DNA of 21,846 nucleotides from a virus (Duplodnaviria; Heunggongvirae; Uroviricota; Caudoviricetes): IMG/VR virus record IMGVR_UViG_2711768075_000012, positions 1 to 21,846 of that record; one strand, 5' to 3'. Shown piece by piece: positions 7,757 to 15,826 of this stretch (position 1 is its first letter; each line of letters starts with the position of its first letter). The notes under the pieces were generated by a model. It saw only the letters and a program-made list of their open reading frames with translations, ran no database searches and was not told where the DNA came from. The position numbers and the translations under genes were made by a program.

Positions 7757-8245
7757 ATGAGTCTTTTGAATGAAGTTCAGAAATTCATTGAAGCCCATCC
7801 GGGGTGTACTTCCGGAGACATTGCGGATGCTTTTGCAGGTTACTCACGGCAGCGCGTTCTGCAGTCTGCAAGCAAGTTACGTCAGAGTGGGCGTGTGGCT
7901 CACCGTTGTGAAGGAGATACACGCAGACATTTCCCACGCCTGACTGAGAGAGCGCAGGAGCCGGAACCACAACCAGTTCGTGAAACCAGACCTGTGCGCA
8001 ATTTCTATGTCGGCACTAACGATCCCCGGGTGATTTTGTGCCTGACCCGCCAGGCTGAAGAACTGGAGTCAAGGGGCTTATACCGTCGTGCTGCAACCGT
8101 GTGGATGGCGGCATTCCGTGAAAGCCACTCCCAGCCAGAACGAAACAATTTTCTGGCGCGTCGTGAGCGGTGCTTACGGAAAAGCAGCAAGCGCGCTGCA
8201 TCAGGTGAAGAGTGGTATCTATCAGGGAATTACGTGGGGGCTTAA
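7757..8245 (+). CDS. PerC-like domain protein with N-terminal wHTH-like segment, 162 aa
   Basis: C-terminal EELESRGLYRRAATVWMAAFRESH ... ERNNFLARRERCL resembles the PerC-family motif. ATG at 7757 with a GGGGGTGA RBS; the listed ORF start at 7751 is a GTG overlapping the upstream stop. Confidence 0.45.
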   Translation: MSLLNEVQKFIEAHPGCTSGDIADAFAGYSRQRVLQSASKLRQSGRVAHRCEGDTRRHFPRLTERAQEPEPQPVRETRPVRNFYVGTNDPRVILCLTRQAEELESRGLYRRAATVWMAAFRESHSQPERNNFLARRERCLRKSSKRAASGEEWYLSGNYVGA

Positions 8246-8898
8246 TGAGTAATAAATATTGCCAGGCGCTGGTGGAACTGCGGAACAAACCAGCCCATGA
8301 ACTGAAGGAAGTGGGCGATCAGTGGCGCACGCCGGACAACATTTTCTGGGGAATTAACACCCTGTTTGGCCCGTTTGTTCTGGATCTGTTCACTGATGGT
8401 GATAACGCCAAATGTGCCGCTTATTACACTGCGGAAGACAACGCGCTGGCGCATGACTGGTCAGAACGTCTTGCGGAGCTTAAAGGTGCTGCCTTTGGTA
8501 ATCCCCCGTACAGCCGCGCCAGTCAGCATGAGGGGCAATACATCACCGGCATGCGTTACATCATGAAACATGCCAGTGCTATGCGTGATAAAGGCGGGCG
8601 CTATGTTTTCCTGATCAAAGCTGCCACCAGCGAAGTGTGGTGGCCGGAAGATGCAGACCATATTGCTTTTATTCGCGGGCGTATTGGTTTTGAACTGCCA
8701 GCCTGGTTTATCCCGAAGGACGAGAAGCAGGTGCCGACAGGCGCTTTCTTCGCTGGTGCTATTGCTGTTTTCGACAAGACCTGGAAGGGACCGGCAATCA
8801 GCTACATCGGGCGCGATGAACTTGAGGCATGTGGTGAGGCGTTTCTGGCGCAGGTTCGCCAGCAGGCAGAAAAACTTGTCAGGGAGATGGCGGCATGA
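8245..8898 (+). CDS. phage Dam-like DNA N6-adenine methyltransferase, 217 aa
   Basis: NPPY catalytic motif in FGNPPYS. Architecture of small phage N6-adenine MTases (PF05869-like). ATG at 8245 overlaps the upstream stop (TAATG). Confidence 0.65.
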   Translation: MSNKYCQALVELRNKPAHELKEVGDQWRTPDNIFWGINTLFGPFVLDLFTDGDNAKCAAYYTAEDNALAHDWSERLAELKGAAFGNPPYSRASQHEGQYITGMRYIMKHASAMRDKGGRYVFLIKAATSEVWWPEDADHIAFIRGRIGFELPAWFIPKDEKQVPTGAFFAGAIAVFDKTWKGPAISYIGRDELEACGEAFLAQVRQQAEKLVREMAA

Positions 8899-9221
8899 CG
8901 ACGTTAACTCAATGCCAGCAGCAGGTGCTGGATATGCTGATTTCTTACCAGCAAGAGCGTGGCTTTCCGCCAACCAATCAGGAGGTGGCAACCATGCTGG
9001 GATACCGTTCAGTGAATGCAGCGGTGGAGCATCTTCGCGCACTGGAGAAAAAAGGCGTCATCACGATAAAGCGTGGCGTGGCCCGGGGGATCACGCTTCA
9101 TACCGCAGTGAAGGACGACGACAGCGAAGCGGTCGGTATCATCCGCGCACTGCTTGCCGGTGAGGAGAGCGCCAGGTTGCGTGCAGCCCACTGGTTACAT
9201 GAGAGGGGCCTGAAAGTATGA
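8895..9221 (+). CDS. LexA-N-terminal-like winged-helix DNA-binding protein (no peptidase domain), 108 aa
   Basis: LTQCQQQVLDMLISYQQERGFPPTNQEVATMLGYRSVNAAVEHLRALEKKGVI matches the LexA DNA-binding domain pattern. Start overlaps the upstream stop (ATGA). Confidence 0.55.
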   Translation: MTTLTQCQQQVLDMLISYQQERGFPPTNQEVATMLGYRSVNAAVEHLRALEKKGVITIKRGVARGITLHTAVKDDDSEAVGIIRALLAGEESARLRAAHWLHERGLKV

Positions 9222-9607
9222 AGTTGATCCTTCCTTTCCCGCCCAGTGTGAACACGTACTGGCGACACCCCAACAAAGGGGCATTTGCTGGTAAGAGCCT
9301 GATAAGCGAGGCGGGGCGAAAATTTCAGAGCGCGGCGTGCGCAGCAATAGTTGAGCAGTTACGTCGTCTGCCGAAACCAACGTCGGCACCTGCTTCAGTG
9401 GAGATCGTGTTGTTTCCGCCGGATAACCGGATCCGTGATCTGGACAACTATAACAAGGCGCTGTTTGACGCCCTGACCCACGCGGGTGTGTGGGAAGACG
9501 ACAGACAGGTGAAAAGAATGCTGGTGGAGTGGGGACCGGTTATCCCGAAAGGGAAGGTCGAGATCACTATCAGTAAGTACGAGAAAACGGCGGGTGCAGC
9601 CGCCTGA
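9218..9607 (+). CDS. rusA: RusA-family Holliday junction resolvase, 129 aa
   Basis: LPFPPSVNTYWRH ... DLDNYNKALFDALTHAGVWEDDRQV matches the RusA signature including catalytic Asp residues. Typical nin-region position. Confidence 0.75.
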   Translation: MKLILPFPPSVNTYWRHPNKGAFAGKSLISEAGRKFQSAACAAIVEQLRRLPKPTSAPASVEIVLFPPDNRIRDLDNYNKALFDALTHAGVWEDDRQVKRMLVEWGPVIPKGKVEITISKYEKTAGAAA

Positions 9608-9626
9608 TTAAGAGGAGAAACGAAGT

Positions 9627-10436
9627 ATGAATAATCTGATGGTCATTGATGGTATTGAAGTTCGTCGTGATGCTTATGGGCGTTACAGCCTGAACGATCT
9701 GCATCGCGCAGCAGTAGCATCTGGTGCAAATGCCAGAACCAAGGAGCCAGGAAAGTTTCTTTCCAGCCAACAAACTGTTGAGCTTGTTCATGAATTGACC
9801 AACACCCAGAATTTGGGTGTTGACCCGGTGAGTGTGATTCATGGGGGAAATGAACGGGGAACGTATGTCTGCAAGGAACTGGTGTATGCCTATGCAATGT
9901 GGATCAGCCCGTCATTCCATCTGAAGGTGATCCGTACTTTCGACATGGTAACCAGCGCACCGGAAAAATTATCCGGACAGGCTGCTGACAAGATGCAGGC
10001 TGGTGTGATTCTGCTGGACTTTATGCGCCGGGAATTAAACCTGTCTAACTCTTCAGTGCTTGGTGCCTGTCAGAAACTCCAGGAGGCTGTTGGCTTACCG
10101 AATCTGGCACCGCGCTATGCCATTGATGCTCCTGCTGACGCGCCTGATGGCTCAAGCCGCCCCACGCTGTCACTGAGTGCACTGCTGAAGCAGTATGGTA
10201 TCCGCCTGACAGCTAATCAGGCATATCACCAGATGGCGAAGCTGGGGATCGTTGAACAACGTGAACGATACAGCCGCACTGCGATTAACAACATCAAAAA
10301 ATTCTGGTCGCTGACAGCGAAAGGCTGCATGTTCGGCAAGAACATCACCAGTCCCGCAAATCCGCGCGAGACGCAGCCGCATTTCTTCGAATCCCGGTTC
10401 CCTGAGCTGTTAAAGCTGCTCGATACCGTTCATTGA
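9627..10436 (+). CDS. KilA-N domain protein, 269 aa
   Basis: N-terminal YSLNDLHRAA ... GTYVCKELVYAYAMWISPSFHLKVIRTFD is characteristic of the KilA-N DNA-binding domain. Strong RBS AAGAGGAGA. Confidence 0.6.
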   Translation: MNNLMVIDGIEVRRDAYGRYSLNDLHRAAVASGANARTKEPGKFLSSQQTVELVHELTNTQNLGVDPVSVIHGGNERGTYVCKELVYAYAMWISPSFHLKVIRTFDMVTSAPEKLSGQAADKMQAGVILLDFMRRELNLSNSSVLGACQKLQEAVGLPNLAPRYAIDAPADAPDGSSRPTLSLSALLKQYGIRLTANQAYHQMAKLGIVEQRERYSRTAINNIKKFWSLTAKGCMFGKNITSPANPRETQPHFFESRFPELLKLLDTVH

Positions 10437-10437
10437 G

Positions 10438-11433
10438 GTGACCGTGAGAGCGCTACTGACCCCTGAAATTGCCCCGCGTATGGGGATCGTATTGTTCAGG
10501 CCAGGTTCAGAGCTGATGCCCCTGTTTATGCAGGGGCGTGTCCTGCTGGAGCCTGAGCCGGAACGTTATTCATCTTTCGCCAGTGGTGCCGTTCCGGCGG
10601 CATCACAACCGCTGGCGGATGATCCTGCCGTTCGGGCCGTGTTCCGCAATGAGGCAGTGATCCGTCGTGCTGGTGGCGTGGAATGTCTTGAAAGCTGGTT
10701 ACTTCGTGAAAAAGGCTGCCAGTGGCCTCATTCCGACTGGCACAGCGAGAACATGACAACAATGCGACACGCGCCGGGCGCAATCCGTCTGTGCTGGCAC
10801 TGCGATAACCAGCTGCGCGATCAGTTCACGGAACGACTGGAATCAATGGCAACGGATAACTGTACCCGCTGGGTGTTGTCTGTTGTGCGTCGGGATCTCG
10901 GTTTTGATGACAGTCACGTTGTGACAATGCCGGAACTGTGCTGGTGGCTGATTCGTAATGACCTGGCGGATGCCTTACCGGAAAGTGCAGCCCGTAAGGC
11001 ACTGAGATTACCGAAGCCTGTTGTGCCGTCTGTCACCCGGGAAAGTGACCTTGTGCCTTCGGTTCCTGCCACCAGCATCATCCAGGATAAAGCGAAAAAG
11101 GTGCTGGCGCTGAAAGTGGATCCGGAGTCGCCGGAGTCTTTTATGTTACGCCCAAAACGTCGCCGCTGGGTTAATGAAAAGTACACGCGCTGGGTTAAGA
11201 CACAGCCGTGTGCATGTTGTGGAAAGCCTGCTGATGATCCCCACCACCTGATAGGTCACGGTCAGGGTGGAATGGCTACAAAAGCGCATGACCTTTTTGT
11301 GTTGCCTTTGTGCAGAAAGCATCACGACGAGCTGCATGCGGATACCGTGGCATTTGAAGAGAAGTATGGCTCCCAGCTGGAGCTGATATTTCGTTTTATC
11401 GATCGTGCGCTGGCAATAGGCGTGCTGGCCTGA
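10438..11433 (+). CDS. DUF968-like prophage protein with C-terminal HNH-like Cys/His motif, 331 aa
   Basis: C-terminus CACCGKPADDPHHLIGHGQGGMATKAHDLFVLPLCRKHHDELHAD resembles HNH/Zn-binding nuclease motifs of DUF968 proteins (YdfU-type) in lambdoid nin regions. Start codon uncertain (GTG at 10438 or downstream ATG). Confidence 0.55.
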   Translation: MTVRALLTPEIAPRMGIVLFRPGSELMPLFMQGRVLLEPEPERYSSFASGAVPAASQPLADDPAVRAVFRNEAVIRRAGGVECLESWLLREKGCQWPHSDWHSENMTTMRHAPGAIRLCWHCDNQLRDQFTERLESMATDNCTRWVLSVVRRDLGFDDSHVVTMPELCWWLIRNDLADALPESAARKALRLPKPVVPSVTRESDLVPSVPATSIIQDKAKKVLALKVDPESPESFMLRPKRRRWVNEKYTRWVKTQPCACCGKPADDPHHLIGHGQGGMATKAHDLFVLPLCRKHHDELHADTVAFEEKYGSQLELIFRFIDRALAIGVLA

Positions 11434-11450
11434 TTTTGTGGAGAAAGTTG

Positions 11451-11822
11451 ATGCGTGATATTCAAATGGTTCTTGAACGTTGGGGGGCATGGGTGGCAAA
11501 TAATCACGAGGATGTGGAATGGTCATCTGTTGCTGCAGGTTTTAAGGGATTAATTCCTTCGAAAGTAAAATCCCGCCCGCAATGTAGCGATGACGATGGC
11601 CTGATCATTAGCTCTGCGATGACAATTCTTAAGAAAAAGGAACCGTATCAATACGAATTACTGGAAATGTATTATGTGTATGGGGTTACATTACGGGCGT
11701 TGGGGGTAAAACTGGGGATATCACTTAATCAGGTTGTTATCAGACTGCAGAAAGCTGAAGGGTTTATTGACGGTTGTCTGGCAATGTTGGGGGTATCTTT
11801 AGAAATTGATTGTTACATATAG
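11451..11822 (+). CDS. Q: late-gene antiterminator Q (QuuD-like family), 123 aa
   Basis: MRDIQMVLERWGAWVANNHEDVEWSSVAAGFKGLIPSKVKSRPQCSDDD closely matches my recollection of E. coli prophage Q/QuuD proteins. GGAG RBS before the ATG at 11451. Upstream of the lysis cassette. Confidence 0.7.
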   Translation: MRDIQMVLERWGAWVANNHEDVEWSSVAAGFKGLIPSKVKSRPQCSDDDGLIISSAMTILKKKEPYQYELLEMYYVYGVTLRALGVKLGISLNQVVIRLQKAEGFIDGCLAMLGVSLEIDCYI

Positions 11823-11856
11823 TAATAAATTCAATCAAAGTAAATAATCATATTTT

Positions 11857-11899
11857 ATAATAACCTCCTGATGATACCTGTTCATTGGGAGGTTATTAT
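11857..11899 (+). promoter_or_regulatory. perfect 12-bp inverted repeat (ATAATAACCTCC / GGAGGTTATTAT, 19-nt loop) sequestering the RBS and start codon of the downstream moron; overlaps a TATAAT -10-like hexamer (11856-11861)
   Basis: Left arm 11857-11868, right arm 11888-11899. The right arm contains GGAGG and the first two bases of the ATG at 11898. Candidate translational-control hairpin and/or operator. Confidence 0.5.
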
Positions 11900-12515
11900 G
11901 GATAAAAATGTAGAGCATGTATTAGTTGATGCAATTGAAAATAAGCAATCTTTAACAGTCGTTTACTTAGGAGGGAGCCAGCCCGGAACATTAAGGAATA
12001 TTTCTCCGATTAGTATAAATGGGGATAAGTTGCGGGCAAGATGCCATAGTTCTGGAGCAGTAAAGGTTTTCAATCTTGGGAAAATACAGTTACCCAGTGA
12101 CTCCTGCGCGGTATCTATGCATTATGGAGATTTAGAAGTTAAAGCTTATGAGACGATGCAGAGCGTAAATGACAACTTTCATGCCCTTTATCCTGAAGGA
12201 CGATGGGGTGTTGATTTTAATGAGCATCGCTTTGCTTTATTTGATTTTTTTAAAAACGGGAAACGAAAAAAAACGGCATTTATGGCAATTGAGTTCAGGG
12301 AAAGAGATGAAGAGAAAATAATAACAGGTGTAACAATTGATATTGGTATATCTGGAACAGTGATTTCTGAGAAATCCCGAATCCCAAAAAGACGACCATG
12401 GGTAGTGGTTGGTCCCGAACACGGAGAATACAGTACTTATTCAACTTTGGACAAGGCTGCTACAGCGTTTTTTGAGAGGCTTTCGTTGATAGCATCCGGC
12501 CTGGAAGATAATTGA
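11898..12515 (+). CDS. hypothetical moron protein with WYL-like N-terminal segment, 205 aa
   Basis: Visibly AT-rich relative to flanks. Residues ~18-65 (LTVVYLGGSQPGTLRNISPISINGDKLRARCHSSGAVKVFNLGKI) fit the WYL-domain pattern; C-terminal ~140 aa unrecognised. Start chosen at 11898 (GGAGG 7-8 nt upstream) rather than the RBS-less ATG at 11871. Confidence 0.5.
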   Translation: MDKNVEHVLVDAIENKQSLTVVYLGGSQPGTLRNISPISINGDKLRARCHSSGAVKVFNLGKIQLPSDSCAVSMHYGDLEVKAYETMQSVNDNFHALYPEGRWGVDFNEHRFALFDFFKNGKRKKTAFMAIEFRERDEEKIITGVTIDIGISGTVISEKSRIPKRRPWVVVGPEHGEYSTYSTLDKAATAFFERLSLIASGLEDN

Positions 12516-12644
12516 TTTTATGTTTGGTATTCAGAGTTCGCCGTGCTTAAGAAAGTCAAGATTCTAAAAATACTGAATGAGCTACTTGTGTTATAACAAA
12601 AATGCTATTAGTGTGTTAAGAGTGGTTACTTCGCCACACAACTT

Positions 12645-12670
12645 AAACCCGCCACTGAGCGGGTTTTTTG
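12645..12670 (+). terminator. rho-independent terminator
   Basis: aaacccgc-cactga-gcgggttttttg: GC-rich stem, 6-nt loop, T6 run. About 130 bp after the moron stop. Confidence 0.7.
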
Positions 12671-12767
12671 TACCTGTAAACTTGGTGCAGTACAGTAAAC
12701 ACGCTGGTGGTCGTGAATACTGACTTTTTATCTTGCTGGCTTTTTAGACAAGAGTTATTGGTATGTC

Positions 12768-12995
12768 ATGTTAACCAGAAGGGAAAAAGACATGCTAAAA
12801 CAGCAAGATATGACAGAAACCGCCGCCGCAGTCCTTCATTTCTTACCTGCTGACAAGTGGGTAACGCCACGCATGATGACGAGAACTACCGGAGTAAGCG
12901 AAGCCCGGTGCCAGTTAATACTGACTCAGTTAGTTCTGGCGGGGCTGGCGAAGGATAACGGCGGGTACGGGAATAAATTCAGACGCTGCCGGTAA
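12768..12995 (+). CDS. hypothetical small protein (67-75 aa), possibly a wHTH DNA-binding protein
   Basis: ORF with protein-like composition. A better RBS (AGGGA) precedes the internal ATG at 12792, so the start is uncertain. No diagnostic motif. Confidence 0.4.
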   Translation: MLTRREKDMLKQQDMTETAAAVLHFLPADKWVTPRMMTRTTGVSEARCQLILTQLVLAGLAKDNGGYGNKFRRCR

Positions 12996-13145
12996 TGGCG
13001 GTTTCCTGCTGTGAAAATGGGCGGCTGGTGGGTGTTGGTAGCACCTGCCAGCCATTCGCTCATGCTTACTGGTCACAAGCGAACCACGGCCCACTGCTTT
13101 AGCGCAAAAGCAGAGTGAGCCTACCAGAGTTACGCTTACTGATCC

Positions 13146-14198
13146 ATGAAAAATACTGTAAAAATAAACAGTGTTGATTTAATCAACGCTGATTGCCTGC
13201 ATTTTATTCAGTCCCTGCCTGATGATTCCATTGACCTGATTGTTACCGATCCGCCGTACTTCAAGGTGAAACCCAACGGTTGGGACAATCAGTGGAAAGG
13301 GGACGAAGATTACCTTAAGTGGCTGGACCACTGTCTGGCCCAGTTCTGGCGGGTGTTAAAACCTGCCGGAAGCCTTTATCTGTTCTGTGGGCATCGCCTG
13401 GCATCTGATATTGAGATCATGATGCGTGAACGTTTCAACGTGCTTAACCATATCATCTGGGCGAAGCCGTCCGGACGTTGGAATGGGTGTAATAAAGAAA
13501 GTCTGCGCGCATATTTTCCTGCCACAGAGCGCGTTCTGTTTGCTGAACATTACCAGGGGCCATATCGCGGCAAAAGTGACGGCTATGCAGCAAAAGAAAG
13601 GGAACTCAAACAGCACATAATGGCACCGCTGATATCGTATTTCAGGGATGCTCGTGCCGAACTGGGTATAACGGCAAAACAAATTGCCGAAGCCACAGGT
13701 AAGAAAAATATGGTTTCCCACTGGTTTGGTGCCAGTCAGTGGCAGTTGCCGAATGAGGCTGACTATCGGAAGTTACAGGCACTGTTTTCCCGTATAGCGG
13801 CAGAGAAGTTTCAGGAACAACAACTGGAACAACCACACCACCAGCTGGTGGCATCTTATGATTCACTGAATCGCAAATATTCTGAATTGCTGGATGAGTT
13901 TAAATCTCTCCGGCGCTATTTCTCCGTATCAGTCTCCGTGCCTTATACCGATGTCTGGACGCATAAGCCCGTTCAGTTCTACCCGGGTAAACATCCGTGC
14001 GAGAAACCGGCGGATATGCTCCGGCAAATAATCAATGCCAGTAGTCGCCCTGGTGATCTGGTTGCTGATTTCTTTATGGGATCCGGTTCCACAATAAAAG
14101 CAGCAATGGCGCTGGGGCGTCGGGCGTTAGGTGTTGAACTTGAGTCAGAGCGGTTTAATCAGACGGTGAAAGAGGTAAGTGAACTGGTGGGGAAATAA
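13146..14198 (+). CDS. beta-class DNA methyltransferase (N6-adenine or N4-cytosine; N6_N4_Mtase-like), 350 aa
   Basis: Motif IV DPPY (IVTDPPYF) near the N-terminus and motif I FxGxG (FFMGSGST) near the C-terminus, the beta-class order. No adjacent restriction endonuclease gene. Confidence 0.7.
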   Translation: MKNTVKINSVDLINADCLHFIQSLPDDSIDLIVTDPPYFKVKPNGWDNQWKGDEDYLKWLDHCLAQFWRVLKPAGSLYLFCGHRLASDIEIMMRERFNVLNHIIWAKPSGRWNGCNKESLRAYFPATERVLFAEHYQGPYRGKSDGYAAKERELKQHIMAPLISYFRDARAELGITAKQIAEATGKKNMVSHWFGASQWQLPNEADYRKLQALFSRIAAEKFQEQQLEQPHHQLVASYDSLNRKYSELLDEFKSLRRYFSVSVSVPYTDVWTHKPVQFYPGKHPCEKPADMLRQIINASSRPGDLVADFFMGSGSTIKAAMALGRRALGVELESERFNQTVKEVSELVGK

Positions 14199-14204
14199 TT
14201 CTGG

Positions 14205-14231
14205 TGGCCACGTTGCGTGGCCTTTTTATTT
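14205..14231 (+). terminator. rho-independent terminator between the methyltransferase and holin genes
   Basis: ggccacg-ttg-cgtggcc followed by tttttattt. Candidate tR'-type terminator upstream of the lysis cassette. Confidence 0.6.
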
Positions 14232-14274
14232 CCAACACAGCACCCGCAAATATCGCGAGGTGAGAGATGACGAA

Positions 14275-14610
14275 ATGCCTCATAACCCAAATACCTGGCC
14301 GGACTGGCTGGAGTTGTTTCAGAGCTGGTGGCGTGGAGACACGCCGCTGGGTGCAGTGATTATGTCGATCGTTATGGCTGGTTTGCGCATCGCCTATTTT
14401 GGCGGTGGTGGTGGCTGGAAGCGAAAAACGCTCGAGATTTTGCTCTGTGGCGCTCTGACGCTGACCTTTGCATCCGCTCTTGAGTATGTCGGATGGCCTA
14501 AATCACTTTCTGTTGCCATTGGTGGCGGCGTGGGGCTGATCGGTGTCGATGCTATTCGTGGGGCTGCAATGCGAGTAATCGGTAACAAGTTTGGTGGCTC
14601 TAAGGAGTAA
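14275..14610 (+). CDS. S: holin, lambda S family, 111 aa
   Basis: GAVIMSIVMAGLRIAYFGGGGGWKRKTLEILLCGALTLTFASAL ... charged C-terminus resembles lambda S topology and sequence. Immediately upstream of the R endolysin. GAGGTGAGAG RBS before the ATG at 14275; the listed ORF start at 14179 overlaps the MTase and is rejected. Confidence 0.7.
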   Translation: MPHNPNTWPDWLELFQSWWRGDTPLGAVIMSIVMAGLRIAYFGGGGGWKRKTLEILLCGALTLTFASALEYVGWPKSLSVAIGGGVGLIGVDAIRGAAMRVIGNKFGGSKE

Positions 14611-14613
14611 TTT

Positions 14614-15090
14614 ATGCAGGTACTAAATTCCCAGCGTAAAGCTTTCCTCGATATGTTGGCGTGGTCAGAAGGAACGGATAACGGGCGACAGCCAACCCGC
14701 AATCACGGCTACGACGTTATTGTAGGTGGTGAGTTATTCACGGATTACTCCGATCATCCTCGCAAACTTGTCACGCTAAACCCCAAACTCAAATCAACAG
14801 CCGCCGGACGTTACCAGCTTCTTTCACGCTGGTGGGATGCTTACCGTAAACAGCTTGGCCTGAAAGATTTTTCTCCAGAAAGCCAGGACGCTGTAGCTCT
14901 GCAGCAGATTAAAGAGCGTGGCGCTTTACCGATGATTGATCGCGGTGATATTCGTCAGGCTATCGACCGTTGCAGCAATATCTGGGCTTCACTACCGGGC
15001 GCTGGTTATGGTCAGTTCGAGCATAAAGTTGACAGCCTGATTGCAAAATTCAAAGAAGCAGGCGGAACGGTCAGAGAGATTGAGGTATGA
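14614..15090 (+). CDS. R: endolysin, lambda R-type lytic transglycosylase, 158 aa
   Basis: Near-identical over its length to my recollection of lambda R ([80 protein letters not shown]). Confidence 0.9.
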   Translation: MQVLNSQRKAFLDMLAWSEGTDNGRQPTRNHGYDVIVGGELFTDYSDHPRKLVTLNPKLKSTAAGRYQLLSRWWDAYRKQLGLKDFSPESQDAVALQQIKERGALPMIDRGDIRQAIDRCSNIWASLPGAGYGQFEHKVDSLIAKFKEAGGTVREIEV

Positions 15091-15545
15091 GCAGAGTAAC
15101 CGCGATTATCTCCGCTCTGATTATTTGTATCATCGCCTGCCTGTCATGGGCTGCTAATCATTACCGTGATAACGCAATCGCCTACAAAGAGCAGCGCGAT
15201 AACAAGGCCAGTGAACTGGAGAAGGCGAACGCTACCATCGCTGACATGCGGAAGCGTCAACGTGATGTAGCAGAACTCGACGCAAGATACACAAAGGAGC
15301 TTGCTGATGCTAACGCGACTATCGAAAGTCTCCGTGCTGATGTTTCTGCTGGGCGTAAGCGCCTGCAAGTCGCCGCCACCTGTGCAAAGTCAACGACCAG
15401 AGCCAGCGGCATGGGCGATGGAGAAAGCCCAAGACTTACAGCAGATGCTGAACTCAATTATTACCGTCTACGAAGTGGAATCGACAGGATAACCGCGCAG
15501 GTTAACTACCTGCAGGAATACATCAGGACGCAATGCCTTCGATGA
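15087..15545 (+). CDS. Rz: i-spanin Rz, 152 aa
   Basis: [38 protein letters not shown]... closely matches lambda Rz: N-terminal TM anchor and coiled-coil periplasmic domain. Start overlaps the R stop (ATGA). Confidence 0.85.
   Translation: MSRVTAIISALIICIIACLSWAANHYRDNAIAYKEQRDNKASELEKANATIADMRKRQRDVAELDARYTKELADANATIESLRADVSAGRKRLQVAATCAKSTTRASGMGDGESPRLTADAELNYYRLRSGIDRITAQVNYLQEYIRTQCLR
15307..15492 (+). CDS. Rz1: o-spanin Rz1 (lipoprotein), 61 aa, embedded in the +1 frame of Rz
   Basis: [20 protein letters not shown] has a lipobox (LGVSAC) followed by a Pro-rich segment, as in lambda Rz1. AAGGAG RBS 9 nt upstream of the ATG at 15307. Confidence 0.75.
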   Translation: MLTRLSKVSVLMFLLGVSACKSPPPVQSQRPEPAAWAMEKAQDLQQMLNSIITVYEVESTG

Positions 15546-15685
15546 TAGCGATAATTTTACTCATCATCCTTCACATCTGGCTCTGTAGACAGGGTGGTGA
15601 TCACTTCTGGAGTGAATCCAGATTAAACATCTCATTGCTGATGCTTGAAGTTGAGCATCTGGCGCGCGGTAAGGGGCTGCGTTGA
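15542..15685 (+). CDS. hypothetical small hydrophobic protein, 47 aa
   Basis: ATG overlaps the Rz stop (cgATGAtag). Translation [47 protein letters not shown]. Followed 34 bp later by a terminator. Below the ORF-track size cutoff; found by manual translation. Confidence 0.3.
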   Translation: MIAIILLIILHIWLCRQGGDHFWSESRLNISLLMLEVEHLARGKGLR

Positions 15686-15718
15686 AATAAGAGCCAGTCA
15701 TTAAAAATACCTGGATTT

Positions 15719-15745
15719 AGCCTCGCATTCGCGGGGCTTTTTATT
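15719..15745 (+). terminator. rho-independent terminator ending the lysis operon
   Basis: agcctcgc-att-gcggggct (8-bp stem with one G-U pair) followed by ttttatt. Confidence 0.6.
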
Positions 15746-15755
15746 GCCATTACAA

Positions 15756-15779
15756 AAGCCACTCCCTACAGAGTGGCTT
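15756..15779 (-). terminator. candidate terminator for a convergent minus-strand small gene
   Basis: aagccactc-cctaca-gagtggctt, a 9-bp stem. On the minus strand it is followed by a short U-rich stretch (UUUUGUAAU). Weaker than the adjacent plus-strand terminator. Confidence 0.3.
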
Positions 15780-15826
15780 TGATAATGACTTATACCCTAC
15801 ACGGGATAACTTAACTGATATCCCTT

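Noticed and set aside
8461-9163. Overlapping ORFs 8461-9042 (minus, 193 aa) and 8651-9163 (plus, 170 aa, Arg/Ser-rich)
   Set aside because: They are antisense or out of frame to the well-supported Dam-like MTase and LexA-DBD-like genes, with biased, non-protein-like composition (poly-R/S).
11871-11897. ATG at 11871 as the start of the moron ORF
   Set aside because: It has no upstream RBS and lies inside the loop of the inverted repeat. The ATG at 11898 is preceded by GGAGG at optimal spacing.
12671-12767. Possible LexA (SOS) box upstream of the 12768 ORF (ctgtaaacttggtgcag)
   Set aside because: It does not fit CTGT-N8-ACAG: the 3' half reads TGCA rather than ACAG.
12996-13145. tRNA gene between Q and lysis, as seen in some Stx-type phages, here and at 17851-18011
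   Set aside because: No cloverleaf could be assembled by eye: no GTTCNANNC T-loop with a matching acceptor stem and CCA-proximal pairing. Not confirmed with a tRNA scanner, so low-confidence absence.
14179-14274. N-terminal extension of the holin ORF (start at 14179) overlapping the methyltransferase 3' end
   Set aside because: The extension overlaps the MTase and spans a clear terminator hairpin (14205-14231). The ATG at 14275 has a GAGG-type RBS and gives a holin of lambda-S-like length.
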